The notes under the pieces are model-generated. The model was given only the letters and a program-made list of their open reading frames with translations. It was not told the origin of the DNA and ran no database searches. Of a DNA stretch of 64,000 nucleotides, positions 39,166 to 52,400 are shown one piece after another. The stretch spans positions 73,842,001 through 73,906,000 of the forward strand of contig OX597826.1 in NCBI GenBank assembly GCA_951406725.2, written 5' to 3'. A program made the translations under genes and the position numbers. The stretch's first letter is position 1. Each line of letters opens with the position of its first letter. This stretch comes from Octopus vulgaris (lineage: Eukaryota).

Positions 39166-42100
39166 TACAGTGTGGCCCAAAAGTAAGTTTACAGTTATTC
39201 AACTATCTGTTTCACATTCATATATTAACAGTTTAAATCTTAATTATAAAAAAATATGAAACCATTAATCTGTGCTAATTTAGTTAATTGTAAGATAGAA
39301 ATTTAAATGTAATAAAACGTTTGAAAAGAAATTTGAAGTGCCTATGTGATAATTGCAAACCTACTTTCGGGCCACTCTGTATATATATGTAAAATAATTT
39401 ATTTGGTAAAGCATTATGTTGAGTGAGTGACCTCTTGCTATGGATCATAGAAAAGTAAATAAAAATAGTGTTACCCTGATTCAGGGACTTTTTATCACAA
39501 GGAAAGCAAAAAAAAAAAGTAGTCTTTTATAAATGACTTGTTACTAGTGTAGAGGTGGCTGTGTGGTAAGAAGCTTGCTTATGAACCACATAGTTCCGGG
39601 TTCAGTCCCACTGCATGGCACCTTGGGCAAGTGTCTTCTACTACAGCCTCAGGCCGACCAAAGCCTTGTGAGTGGATTTGGTAGACGGAAACTGTAAAAA
39701 GCCTGTCGTATATATGTGTGTGTGTATGTGTTTGTGTGCCTGTGTCTGTCCCCCCAACATCGCTTGACAACCGATGCTAGTGTGTTTATGTCACTGTAAC
39801 TTAGCGGTTCGGCAAAAGAGACCGATAGAATAAGTACTAGGCTTACAAAGAATAAGTCCTGGGGTCGATTTGCTCAACTAAAGGCTGTGCTCCAGCATGG
39901 CCACAGTCAAATGACTGAAACAAGTAAAAGAAAAAGAGAGAGTGTATTTCAGAAAGTAGAGTAACTCATAGTGTGGCTTCAGTGAATGATTGGGTTGCTA
40001 CTGTCTTTGTAGAGTGTGAGTGAAAAGATATTCCTCTTCAGGCTACTGACTATGGCTGGAAATTACAAGTTTGAATATAGCTGGATTGTGGAATTGAACT
40101 GTGATTGGAGATTTGACTTTTCCAAATTACCTCTACTGTGCAACACACACTTTGTAATACTAAAATTATCTATCATTAACTAACTCGCTGAGTTGAAAAA
40201 AATACAGATTCATAAGAAGAGCATTGATTACAGAAGTAAATTTGATGAATGGATAACATACAGGAGTAGTATGATGTGGGCTGTCAGTTCAAGTTTAAGT
40301 TCATCTAGCTACCAGCTTCTTCAGGAACATCTTTTGGTTGCGTGATTTGATGATGAGAAAGTGATGGGAAACTGTTCTGTTGTCCTCTTTCTTAGACATT
40401 TTGTAGGCATGTTTTCATGTATACCCTCTCTCTCTTTCGGAGAGGCACTGAGCAGCTATACGCACACATACACACACGGCAGTAACTTCCACCTACCGAA
40501 TTCAATCACAAAGCTCCGGTCGGCTCAGGGCTATAGTGGAAGACACCTACCCAAAGTGCCACGCAGTGGGACCGAACCCGAAACCATGTAGCTAGGAAGC
40601 AAGCTCCCTAACCACACAGCCATGCCCGTAACTGATAACCATCTTCTACGCAATAACACACACACACTGAACTGAAATTAATTCCTGTTATTAATGCATT
40701 TGTTTTGTTTTTTGTTGAGCTATTCAGTTGTTTTCCTAACAATACTGTTGTATTTGCAGGGAGAGAGTGGCGATGATAAAAATTCACGCGGACCAAGTAA
40801 AAGAAAGAAGATTCGTAAACTTATTTCCGATAAGAAGTTGACTGACAGCACAAAAGCTGCAGCTAAAGCAGAAGAGGAAAGACGTAAACGTGTCAATGAA
40901 CGACAAAAGAAAGTAAGCTTTTCATCTTCTAACTTGACCTTCCCCATTAGTTCTGTTACTCTCCCGCCGCCTGTTCTTATATCTGCGGCATTACATTTCT
41001 GTAGTTACATTTGCTGATATCTCTATTGTTACATGTTGTACTCTGTATTGCCACATGAGCTATAGTCTCAACACCGTCGTTCTTCTTTGCCCTCAGTTCA
41101 ACCGAGTGATAGCTGACACTAATGTTCCAGCTAAATGCCCAGTGACCAAAAGGTTGGTTCTTGCCTTTGACAAAGAAGAGAAACCCATTTTAGAAGTTGC
41201 CAGTAATCTAATTACAAAACTGAAACCCCACCAAGTTGAAGGTAAAAAAATATTTGTATTTCACTAATTACAGTGTAAAGTAGAAATGTTTCTTATTTGC
41301 ATAATTTCAATAATTCATCCTTAATTTTTTTTTACCTGAGATCATATTTCTTATCATCTTTTATAGGTGTCCAGTTTATGTTTGATTGTTGTGTTGAAAC
41401 CCTGTCTCAGCTGAAGAAAGAGGAAGGTGGCGGTTGTATATTGGCTCATTGTATGGGTCTTGGGAAAACTTTATCTGTGAGTACTTTTAATTTACTGACA
41501 GATTAATTTTCTGTGTTTGATTACTATTCAATCAATATTTATTGCTTTATTCCTCTTTTTTTTCTCTTTTTTTCAAGCTAATTACATTTGTGCACACCCT
41601 CATGGTGAACGGGAACAAAACCAAAATGACTACCTGTCTTGTCGTCTGTCCATTGAATACAGTTCTTAATTGGAAAGATGAGTGGGAGAAGTGGGATGAA
41701 AATGAGGATTTAATGGTAAATTGAAATATTCTCTTAAACTTATTTCAACATCACCTTACTGAAAAATACCTCTGTTACCCTTTTAGCATCCAAACTGTTT
41801 GAATAAATTATATGTTGTGTCACAGCATCTAAATTTTGATGAGATGTAATTGTGTTTATTTTTACAATGACATTGTAAGGTTGGTGTGAGAGGCTGGATC
41901 TAACCAGTTTGAACATAAAACTCGTAGAATATTTGGGCTTGATATGACAGGCTTAACCCTTTAGCATTCAGATTACTCTGTCAAATGTAAAGCCTGTTTA
42001 ATCACATTGTTTTAAATTAATTGTACAGCATCTTGTAACTCTGAGATTTTGATAATGTCCCTATTTATTTTTAGAATGACTTTGTAGGGTAGGTGTGAGA

Positions 42101-45100
42101 GGTTAGAGCATAAAACAGGAAGAAAATTTTGGCCTGATACGGCCGGTTTAAACACTAAAGGGTTAAATGTTAAATTATGAATTCATATCTTTGACTAATG
42201 ACTAAAATGTCAATATTACATGAAAGTTTGAGCTCAGTACATAGATGCTTGCTTTGCATTATTAAATTGAATATACTTCATCAGATCTCATAATTTTTTA
42301 CTATTTAAAAAATTAAAATATGACATTTGAAATACTTTTAAACCATAATTCCACTCAGCTGACATCAGTATATTTGTAGGTGTGTACAACTATCATTAGC
42401 ATGTTGTGACTGTATGCAGTTGTAATTATGTCATCAGGTGTAAACAGGTATCATTAGTGCTCTAGGTATACACTGATATCATTAAGGTGTTGACAAGTTC
42501 TTTATGGCTATCATCTATTATCAATGTTTCATAACACATTTTTATATTGGTTTTGAATTTTGGCACAAAGCCAGAAAGTTCGGGGATTGGAGTAAGTTGA
42601 TGCTGTTAAGCATTTTGCTCAGCATGCTAGCGATTCTGTTAGCCACTGCCTTCTTCATCGTCCTCGTCACCACCACCATTGTCATCATCATCATCCTCCT
42701 CCATCATCATCATTTAACATTTGCTTTCCATGCTAGCATGGGTTGGACGATTTTGACTGAGGGCTGGTGAACCAGATGACTGCACCAGGCTCCAAAACAT
42801 TTTTATATTGTCATGACAACACACATGCTGTTCTACCATCACATCTTAAATTAACTTAATTGGTTTGACAAAAATGATGACTAAAAATGAATTATAAAAT
42901 GAAAACAAATAACTTTATAAAACAATTTTATCTCTAATTTCTGACCAAAGAAGCTGAAAAGTTGAGATTAATTTATATTATTGTGGCTGAAGCGGGGCAA
43001 GCAGACAGAATCATTATCCTGCCAGAAAAAATGCTGAATGGTGACATTTCTTCTAGTTGTTAATGTCCAAATATTATGGGTGTTGACTTTACCGTTCCTT
43101 CTTTCTGGGTTGGTAAAATAAGCACCAGTTAAGGATTGGGATGGGTGTAATGAATTAGCCCCCTCCTCCAAAATCTGAGAATTAGTGACAGAAGTAAACA
43201 TTAATTTTAATATTTAGTGAATATAAATATAAATGAAAATCTAAGAAATAAATAGGAAAACTGAAGTGGAAAATTGAGAGCTTTAAATGAAATATTGTTT
43301 CTTGGCAGTAGGGTAAAATTTGTTGGGTGTAATAATATTAAAGTGAGATTTTTACACAGTATAACTGAAAGTGTGAATTAAATGGAAGTTGATTCTCTTT
43401 GACGTATCTCTTGGTTTATATAAACCATTTGTTTTATTTCATAAAATTGATCTGTGATGTGTATTTTCTTTGGCATCTTTTAGGTATACGAAATGACAAA
43501 TGTCAAAAACAATTCTCATCGTACCGATGTTTTGAAGAATTGGCATGAGAATGGCGGTATTATGATCATAGGTTATGAAATGTACAGAAATCTTAGTCAA
43601 GGTCATCATGTGAAAAATAAGAAACATAGAAAGATTTTTGAAGACTGTCTTGTTAATCCTGGTAAGTCAGCTTACTAATTCTTGTATACAATAGCTTTTT
43701 TTGTGTGTTAACTTTTGTTAACCATTTTAACCTTTTTAGATGTTTGTTGCATTAAAAAAACTAACCAGGTGTAACTCACATATGTGAAATAGCACTTTGA
43801 CTCTGCTCCATTTATCCAAGTGTCTTCTACTTCAGCACCAGGCTGACCCAATCCTTGTAAGTGGATTTGTTTGACAGAGACTGAAAGGAACCCATTGTGT
43901 GTGTGTGTGTGCCATTTCATGGTTGCTTGTTTCCAGTTTTTCATATAGGCCTGTCCAGTCTATTTGTTGCTCAATAGACTGGGAGATTATTATCCTCACT
44001 TGGACATGGGTTGGGGAGCGGATAGGCATTTGGCTGTAGCATACGCTCATTTGACCATTGCAAACATGAAAAAATAGTCATTAATGCAATGATGTTGATC
44101 TCTATCCTACACTTTGTACTAATTAAAAGGTCAATGTGTAAGATCAATACTTTGTCTTGGGTTATAACTTTATAAAATCTTTTCTTAAAATATTTACTTT
44201 TTAAATTATCATAAATTATTAGAAATCTGTCAGATAGAATGTAGTAAAGTAATTGACCATAGATATATTTGTTGGTTGTTTTGTTAAAAGTGAGGTACTA
44301 AGGTTTTGCTATTCAGCTTTAGTGTAGAAACTCACTGTCTTCTTGTCTCACATGATTGGATTTTCCATTTGCTGAATCTTTCTCTTGTCTTTATTTTCAG
44401 GTCCAGATTTAGTGGTGTGTGACGAAGGTCATGTTCTTAAAAATGATTCTTCAGGAGTGTCGAAAGCAATGAATAGAATTCACACAAAACGTCGTATAGT
44501 TCTCACTGGAACTCCATTACAGAATAACTTAGTAGAATGTAAGTGTTTCTATTTCTATTGTGTCTCTATCTCTTTATTGTAGACTGTTGTAAAATATGCG
44601 TTTCTTCCTATTGAAATCGGTCTGTACTACTTTTGTCTGTCGTCTACATCAAGACCAATACAACTGCTGTCGTTACCAACTTGCCAATTCCTTAATGACC
44701 TACAACAACAGCATGAATACTGTAAGCGACTCCATCTAAAATATTAAGATAATGACCTGAGGTAATGCAGGACCTCATTGTATTTTGGAAGTTGCTTAAA
44801 ATGTCTTTGATCTTAGGTCAGTGAGGATTTGTTTTGAGACTAAACAGTAAGGATAATACAGTTAACAAGAACAATATGACCTCCACCAAAACCAACACAA
44901 CCCGCGCCGAAACCAATACATCCAACACCACTACAACCAAATCAGTAACTTTTGACTAACCAACTAGCATAATTGTATGATTTGCAGTAAATGGAAGACG
45001 GTGGAACTTTCTAATAGAAAGCTTTTTCTGGCTAGTAGCGAATTTCACTTTGTCCCATGGGACGAAGTGACATTCTTGATTTTGAATGGTGCTCGGAAAA

Positions 45101-46428
45101 TACACGGCCAGACTGTATCCAGGGCTTCACAAGTTTTCTACAAGTATAAAGTTTACCTCAAATTCAGGAAAATATTGTGACACAAATTGTGTCGAGTAGA
45201 AGATGACATGGTTGAGATGCCCGTGTCCCACAAAGTTTATCTAATGAGGGGCTGATGCTGTCAAAATGAGGAAGGTGAGAATACAAAAATTCCACCAACT
45301 CCACTTCAATTGACTTTAATGAATATTGTTAATGTGTTCACATAGGGGTTGTATGGTCTGCTAATTTGTACTGATAACAACCATTAGCATGACCGTCTCC
45401 ATAAAAATGACTGGAAGAGTTTACATTCTGCTCATTCATATGAAGAGATGATGTGCTAGAAGCAAAACAATTTTGGAGAATTGCTTTGCTCTTCAAGTAG
45501 ACGTTGATTAAAGATGAAAAACTATAAGATAGAAGATAATGTCCCTCGTCTTCCCAGTAATTCTCAGTCCACTACCACCACTCTCACAGTAGTTGGCATC
45601 TTCTGTAGTAAGAATATATCCTACTAAGATATGATTCTTATTTATTCTCAAAGGTATTTCTCTTCAAATGATTATATGTATACATATTGTACTGTGTGTT
45701 TAGAAATTGATATTTTCATGCATGGAAATAATGTTTGCTTGCTTCTTATAATGTTCTGCTTTGTCTCTGCCCTCCACCCCCAAGTCCTTCCAAGGACAAA
45801 ATTAATTTTGCGTTAGGAACACATTACTTCCTTACCTCCATAACAAGGGTGGGCGTAGTAGGGTTGTTCCTGTGTTAAGAAAATAAAAGTGTGATTGCAT
45901 GGCTTATGGAAAACGAGAGGAGAGAATTGGCAGCATTCGGGTATACATGTGTATTCATTGCATAAGTGTGTGTGTGTATAAATATATTTGTATCTTATGT
46001 TTTGCTTCATTTCAGCATGTTTTTGCATGTTAGCATAGTTTAGATGAGAGGAAATTCGAAATGGAGGTTTTTATAGCCAAATGCACTCCCTTTTGCCAAC
46101 CCTTACCAGTTTTTCATGCATTTATACCCAGCGGAATCTCTAACTGCAAAAGATAGTGGACAATTTATTAGCAAGTGATGTCAACATGCTTCATTGGTAG
46201 CAGACCAAACAATGACATCACCTTCTGTAGTAGAGCTGGAACAGGGGGATGTCCACCTCAGCATAGTTTTGTAAACATTCACACTTAAGCACATGCATGC
46301 ATGCACGCACATGCACACACACATACACACATGCGAACACACACACACACACAGAGCTACACTGTGGAAGCAGTTTGTTACAGTTGGGTAATGCTACCAA
46401 CTTATTATGAAAATTATTGGGTCCAAAG

Positions 46429-46460
<32 letters not shown>

Positions 46461-49400
46461 TGTGTGTATATGTTATTTCTTCTGTCAGTGAGTTATTGAA
46501 ATGTGAGTAAAATTCTGAGAAGTACAAACCATATGTTACAACACAAACTTTGTGTTTGAAATAAGGCATTTGCGCAGATTTACCATGATTCTCCTACAAA
46601 TTAACTGCAAATGCAGTTCTTCATTTCCCTGGCAGTGTCGGGTATCTTTTTACTAAATTTTAAAAGTGTGTTTTGTTTTTACTTTCAGATCATTGTATGG
46701 TTAGTTTTGTGAAGCCTAATTTACTTGGAACACGTAAAGAATTTTGTAACAGATTTGTAAATCCCATCACAAATGGGCAGTGTTCCGATTCCACTTCATA
46801 TGATGTAAAAATTATGAAAAGACGTGCCCACATATTGCATGATCTCTTGGATGGCTGTGTACAGGTAAGAATGCAATTCGTTTACCCATGATCATCTCAA
46901 AAGAGTTAACTGTTTTCAGATATTTCTAAACGGAATGCATTTCCAAGAAATTTCTAAAAGTAATTGTGTATTTAGACTTCTTTAATGTCAACTGTCATTT
47001 TCTTGTTCATTGGTATATTTAACATGGTATTTGAAATAAAAAAATTAACAAAGGCTCTTACATTAGGCTCTTATATATGTATAACATTTTCATTTCAAAA
47101 CTATTCTAAATTTAGGTAAACTCAGGTGGAATCTTATTTTGTATTAGGTTGTACCTTTTCAGAACAAGTGGCATGGTTGGATGGGAGTAAGTGTGTGTGT
47201 GTGTGTGTGTTTAAAAACGGAAGTAAAGTGGCACTAGAACACAACATTTATGCTGCAACAGTGGTGGGTGGTGTAAGGTAAATGTTTATATTATCGCTGA
47301 TATAGTAATGAGATTTATTGAATATCAGTTGGGTTGGTCATGAAAGGGTTAAATATAACTTGTTTTGTATCAGTGGTAGAAATTATTAACTCTGATGTTT
47401 TATTGAAAATAAATTACATAAAAATGTTTTTCTAATCTCTTTGCCATCGTCATTTTTTTATTATTATTTGTTTTGTATTTCAGAGGAGAGATTACAGTGT
47501 CTTAACAGACTTTCTGCCGCCTAAACTGGAATATGTTATTTTAGTAAGATTGTCTGATGTACAAATAGAATTATACCAGAAATATCTAGACAATTATTCA
47601 CATGTTTCTGGTCCCGGGGTTGTAGACAAACGGCCAGTTGGATTATTTGCTGATTACCAGAACCTAATGAAGATCTGGAGTCATCCGTGGGTGCTAAAAC
47701 TTAACGAAATTAGACAAGAAAATAAAGTAAGTTCATATTTTATTGCAGAAGCACTGATTATAAACTTTACCTTTGTTAGGAATATGGTTGTTATGATAAC
47801 GAGGAGTCAGTGGAGGAAGATATTTATTGATGTTGTTGTTAGTAGTGGGGTCCTTTGAAACAAGTACGAAAGATATAGTTGAGCTAGTTATACTGAGTTA
47901 CTACCAAAGACAGCATCAAACTTGTGTATAAATTGGGATTTGTCATGGCTAAAATATATCGTACTGATCAGTAAGCAAATCTCGTGTCCCTAATTTCTTT
48001 AACCCTTTAGTGTTCAGATTATTCTGTCAAATGTGATGTTTGTTTATTTATATTGTTTTGAATTAATCCTGCATTATCTTGTAGTTTAGAGATTGCAGTG
48101 ATGTGATTTTTTTAGTTTTAGAACGACATGGTAGGGCTGAGGTGAGAGGTGAGATCTGGTCAGTTTCAATGTAAAACAGGTTAAATATTTGGCCGGATAT
48201 GGCCGGTTTAAATGCTAAAGGGTTAAAAAAGAAGCCCCCAAAAAAACCACTCAGGTTATTCAGTTACATAGCTTATCTTATAATTTTACCAATACAACTG
48301 TTTTTAAGGAATATTTTGACGTTTGATGTTGTGGGTTTGGGGAATGAATATTGTAGTACCTTGCTTACTGCTTATGATACCAACATGGCTTAACACATTA
48401 ATATGAATCTTTTCTAGCTAATGTCACTAACTTCTCTTACTATTATAATGACTACTACTCCTCAGAGTTGGCTGGTCACTTGCCATCTCCACTCAAACAC
48501 TCCCGACCCACTTAACACTCTTCCTCTCATCTTCCCTGTTGCGTGCATCCTTTCACAATCTGCACCCACCATTATGATCAATCTTTCCTCCTCCTCCGAA
48601 ACTCCCCACCCCACCGTCCTCCTCCCATGTCTTTCCTGCGGATGTCAATTTCTACCAGTTGAAGTGGTATCAATCTAGTCTCAGAACCATCTACATCATT
48701 TTTTTTTTTTAGCCTATGGACCCTTTTGATTCTTATTTTACTCTACTGGACCCTTATACCCATTCAGTGTTTAACCCTTAAGCATTTAAACTAGCCATAT
48801 CTGACCCAAATATTCCACTTTTGTTTATGCTCAGACTGGCCAAATTTGACCTCTCACATCTATTTTACAATATCATAATAAAAATAAAACAACCACATCA
48901 AAATTTCAAAGCTATGAGATAATTAATTAATGATTAATTGAAAATAATGTAAGTAAATAAGCATTACATTTGGCAGATTACTTTGAATGCTAAATGACTG
49001 AAAAAAAAAATCCTATTATATTTTTACAATTAAACATTATTAAAGAATTGTACTGAAAAAAATTGTTAAAATATTTTTTTGCACATAAAATTCTAGCAAC
49101 AAAATCTTCTACGGTTCCCTAAGGGCCATACGGACCCTGGTTGAGAAGTACAGCTCTGCACTGTTCTTTCTTTCCTTCTGACCTATCAAATAAAAAAAAT
49201 AAAATGGAGCAAATATTGTTGATATTTTAGAGGAAAACAATATAAAAATGAAAAATATTATTTGAAGTACGTTTTAATTAATATTTGATTTATTTTCAGA
49301 AACGTTATGATTCTGATGATGAAATGGACTCTTTTATTGATGATGATACTGAAGAATCCGTCAGTGATGGAACGTCAAGTAATGAAAGCTTTGAGAACTC

Positions 49401-52400
49401 TGACAAGGAAGATGCTACGCCTCCCCCTGGTGGTAACCGGCCTTCCACCAGTACCAGGGCAACGAGAGCTTCAAGACGACGCGGGTGAGGCTTTGTTTGT
49501 TTGTTTGTTTTAATTTATCTCCATGTTTTATTTGTCACAATTTAATTACAAGGAAACAAAGAAACAGAAAAAGAAAAAAGGAAGGCATTAAGGGAAAGGA
49601 GTGACCCCTAAATAAATGGCATGTTCAGGCGGTTATGACCATGGAGAATGGCAGTGGCACTTGGTGCAGCAGCCATTCCACCTTATGGGGCTCATTTCTC
49701 AGACAGACTACTGTTGTCCTGATTTTGCAGTGGAAATTGGTAGTGCAGGGTCAGAGAACACTTGGGGTCTTAACAGCAACTGACAGGCACTGCTGATAGC
49801 GGCCGGTCAGGCCCCTGTATTTATTTTCCCCTCTTCTGTCTTATGGGTTTTGCAGCTGTTGCAGTATTTCTGAATTGTTTCTAGCTACCTACCACATAGT
49901 CTCCATAGACGGACAGAACAGTAGGAGTGCTTGACTTCAAACACCACAAAGAAACATCATCATCATCATTGTTCAACGTCCGCTTTCCATGCTAGCATGG
50001 GTTGGACGATTTTGACTGAGGGCTGGTGAACCAAAGGGCTGCACCAGGCTCCAATCTTGATCTGGCAGAGTTTCTACAGTTGGATGCCCTTCCTAACGCC
50101 AACCACTCTGAGAGTGTAGTGGGTGCTTTTTACGTGTCACCGGCACGGGGCCCAGTCAGGCGGTACTGTCAATGACCTCGCTCGAATCTTTTTACACATG
50201 CCACCGGCAGAGGTACCAGTAAGGCGATGCTGGTAGCGATCACGCTTGAATGGTGCCCTTTTACGTGCCACGACACGGGGGCCAGTCAGGTGGTACTGAC
50301 TGACTGGCCCCCGTGCTATGTTTGACAAATAGCTAAAAGCAAATGTCTGTCTGCTGTTTGTTTGTTTTTTCTGCCAACACAACACATCACAAACCTGATT
50401 CATCCAAAATCTTCTAATTTTGCCAGCTTCACTACCATTTACACATTCATGCTAAAAGATCCTCTCTATGGATACTCAGCGTGCTAGAAATACGAACCAA
50501 ATATCTCTCAATTCCTGCCTTACTACCATCTAAATTAAAAGAAGGATACTTTGGATAGTGTAATTTTAAGTAAACTGTCTAATAAAACGAGATGGTCACA
50601 ACTGGAGCATCTTTCATCATTGGGATTCATTGGTCTACATGATAAGTCATTCCTCCACAGATCAGCAGCATCATCATCGTCGTCATTTAAATGTCTGTTT
50701 TCCATGCTGGCACCTGGCTCCATTGTCTGTATTTGCATGGACTGGATGCACTTCCTAATGCCAAACCCTTTACAGGAGGGTACTGGGTGCTTTTTATGTG
50801 GCACCAGAACTTCTTCCTGTCCACTTTTTTTTCTGGCAAACATTGAAACTGAACACAAACAACATCAATCTCAAGCATATTGGAGAATCTACATAGGTCA
50901 TTGATAACTGCTTCTTCCCTTTAACCCTTTAGCATTTAAACCGGCCATATCCGGCCAAAATTAGTCTTCTTTGTTTTAGTTCAAACTGGCCAGATCTGAT
51001 ATCTCACACCAACCCTACAATGTCATTCTAAAAATTAACAGCTATCTCATTGAAATCTCATAGCTACAAGATAATGCATGATTAGTTCAAAACAATGTGG
51101 ATAAAAACGGATTAATTTTGGCAGAATAATGTGAACACTAAAGGATTAATTATTAATCACGAGAAAAACAAAAACAAAAAAAATCAGAAAAGAACCCCTA
51201 TTTTCATCACATTTCTGACGTTGCAGTGATTGTTAAGTTACAACCCCGCCTACATATGTTTCTCATTGTTTTTGCTGTTAATGTTTCAGATCTGATGATG
51301 ATAAAGCAGAAGTTGTCAAAGAATGGAAAACTAGATCTCGTGGTGGTGCTGAAGAAGGTGAGTGTTTTCTTAATTATCTGATCCCATCTCATACCAAGTC
51401 TTCTTACTTGACTTTCAATCTCAATTGTCTTGAGCTACACCTCCATCTCTAGGCCTAATTAATTTAATTAGGCTTGGAGCACGACAATAAATGATGTTTA
51501 CAAATCTTAAACTCATTAGCTTAATAAAATCTTTGGTTTATGCCAAATTTTAACCATTTTTTTTTAAAGCTGTTATACTATAAAGGTACTGACACTGACC
51601 CCAACAGAATAGATGAATACAGACCAGAACCTACCCCTTTGTACATAGTGACACCCAGAAGCTACCCCTGTATGTAATCTATTACAGTGACACAGACATG
51701 AGGTTATCCACATGTATTATATATTACAGTAATGCTAGTAAATGGCTCTTCCAATGTGTTCTGTAATATAGTAACAGAGTGGCATTGGTTGAATGCTACT
51801 CCTATATGTTTATTAATTGCAGGCTAGCCCCCAACCTAATGTCTTTAAGTATAGTAACACTGGTCAGAGAGCCACTATGTTGTAGTGAGAGAAACACTGT
51901 GAAGTGTTATGCGTTTCACTTGTGTTCTGATGATTTACTATCAAGTCGGTCATAGCTATCACTTGTCTTCCACACATGCATGCTACATGTTCACTCTACT
52001 ATACATACTCTCTATCCCACAAACGTACACAGATTCCTGTATAATCTGTATATATATAAGCTACATGGTTTTTTTCATGTTGATACAGTATATCTTTCTC
52101 TTACGCACATACACTAAAGTGTTTGTGTGTTATTGTACTGTTAGAACCATTGCGTATATTATTGCAGTCCTCATGTATCTCTGTGTTGGGATCTTATGAA
52201 CTCAGATACACTGCAGCATTCAGGGTAACAAGGACTCTACAATCCAGTTAGCCAGAATAAATAAATATTGACTAGAATCCACCCCTGTGGTGACAGTACC
52301 CAGAAGTTACTCCTGTATGTTATCTATTTACAAATCCTGATGATATCTATTTACAATCCTGATGTTATCCTTTGCAAATCCTGGTTTTTCTTTGAACTTT

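Noticed and set aside
51580-52384. Loosely repeated ACAGTGACAC-like units and a 21-22-bp triplication at 52321-52384
   Set aside because: Decayed minisatellite with no structural or coding signal
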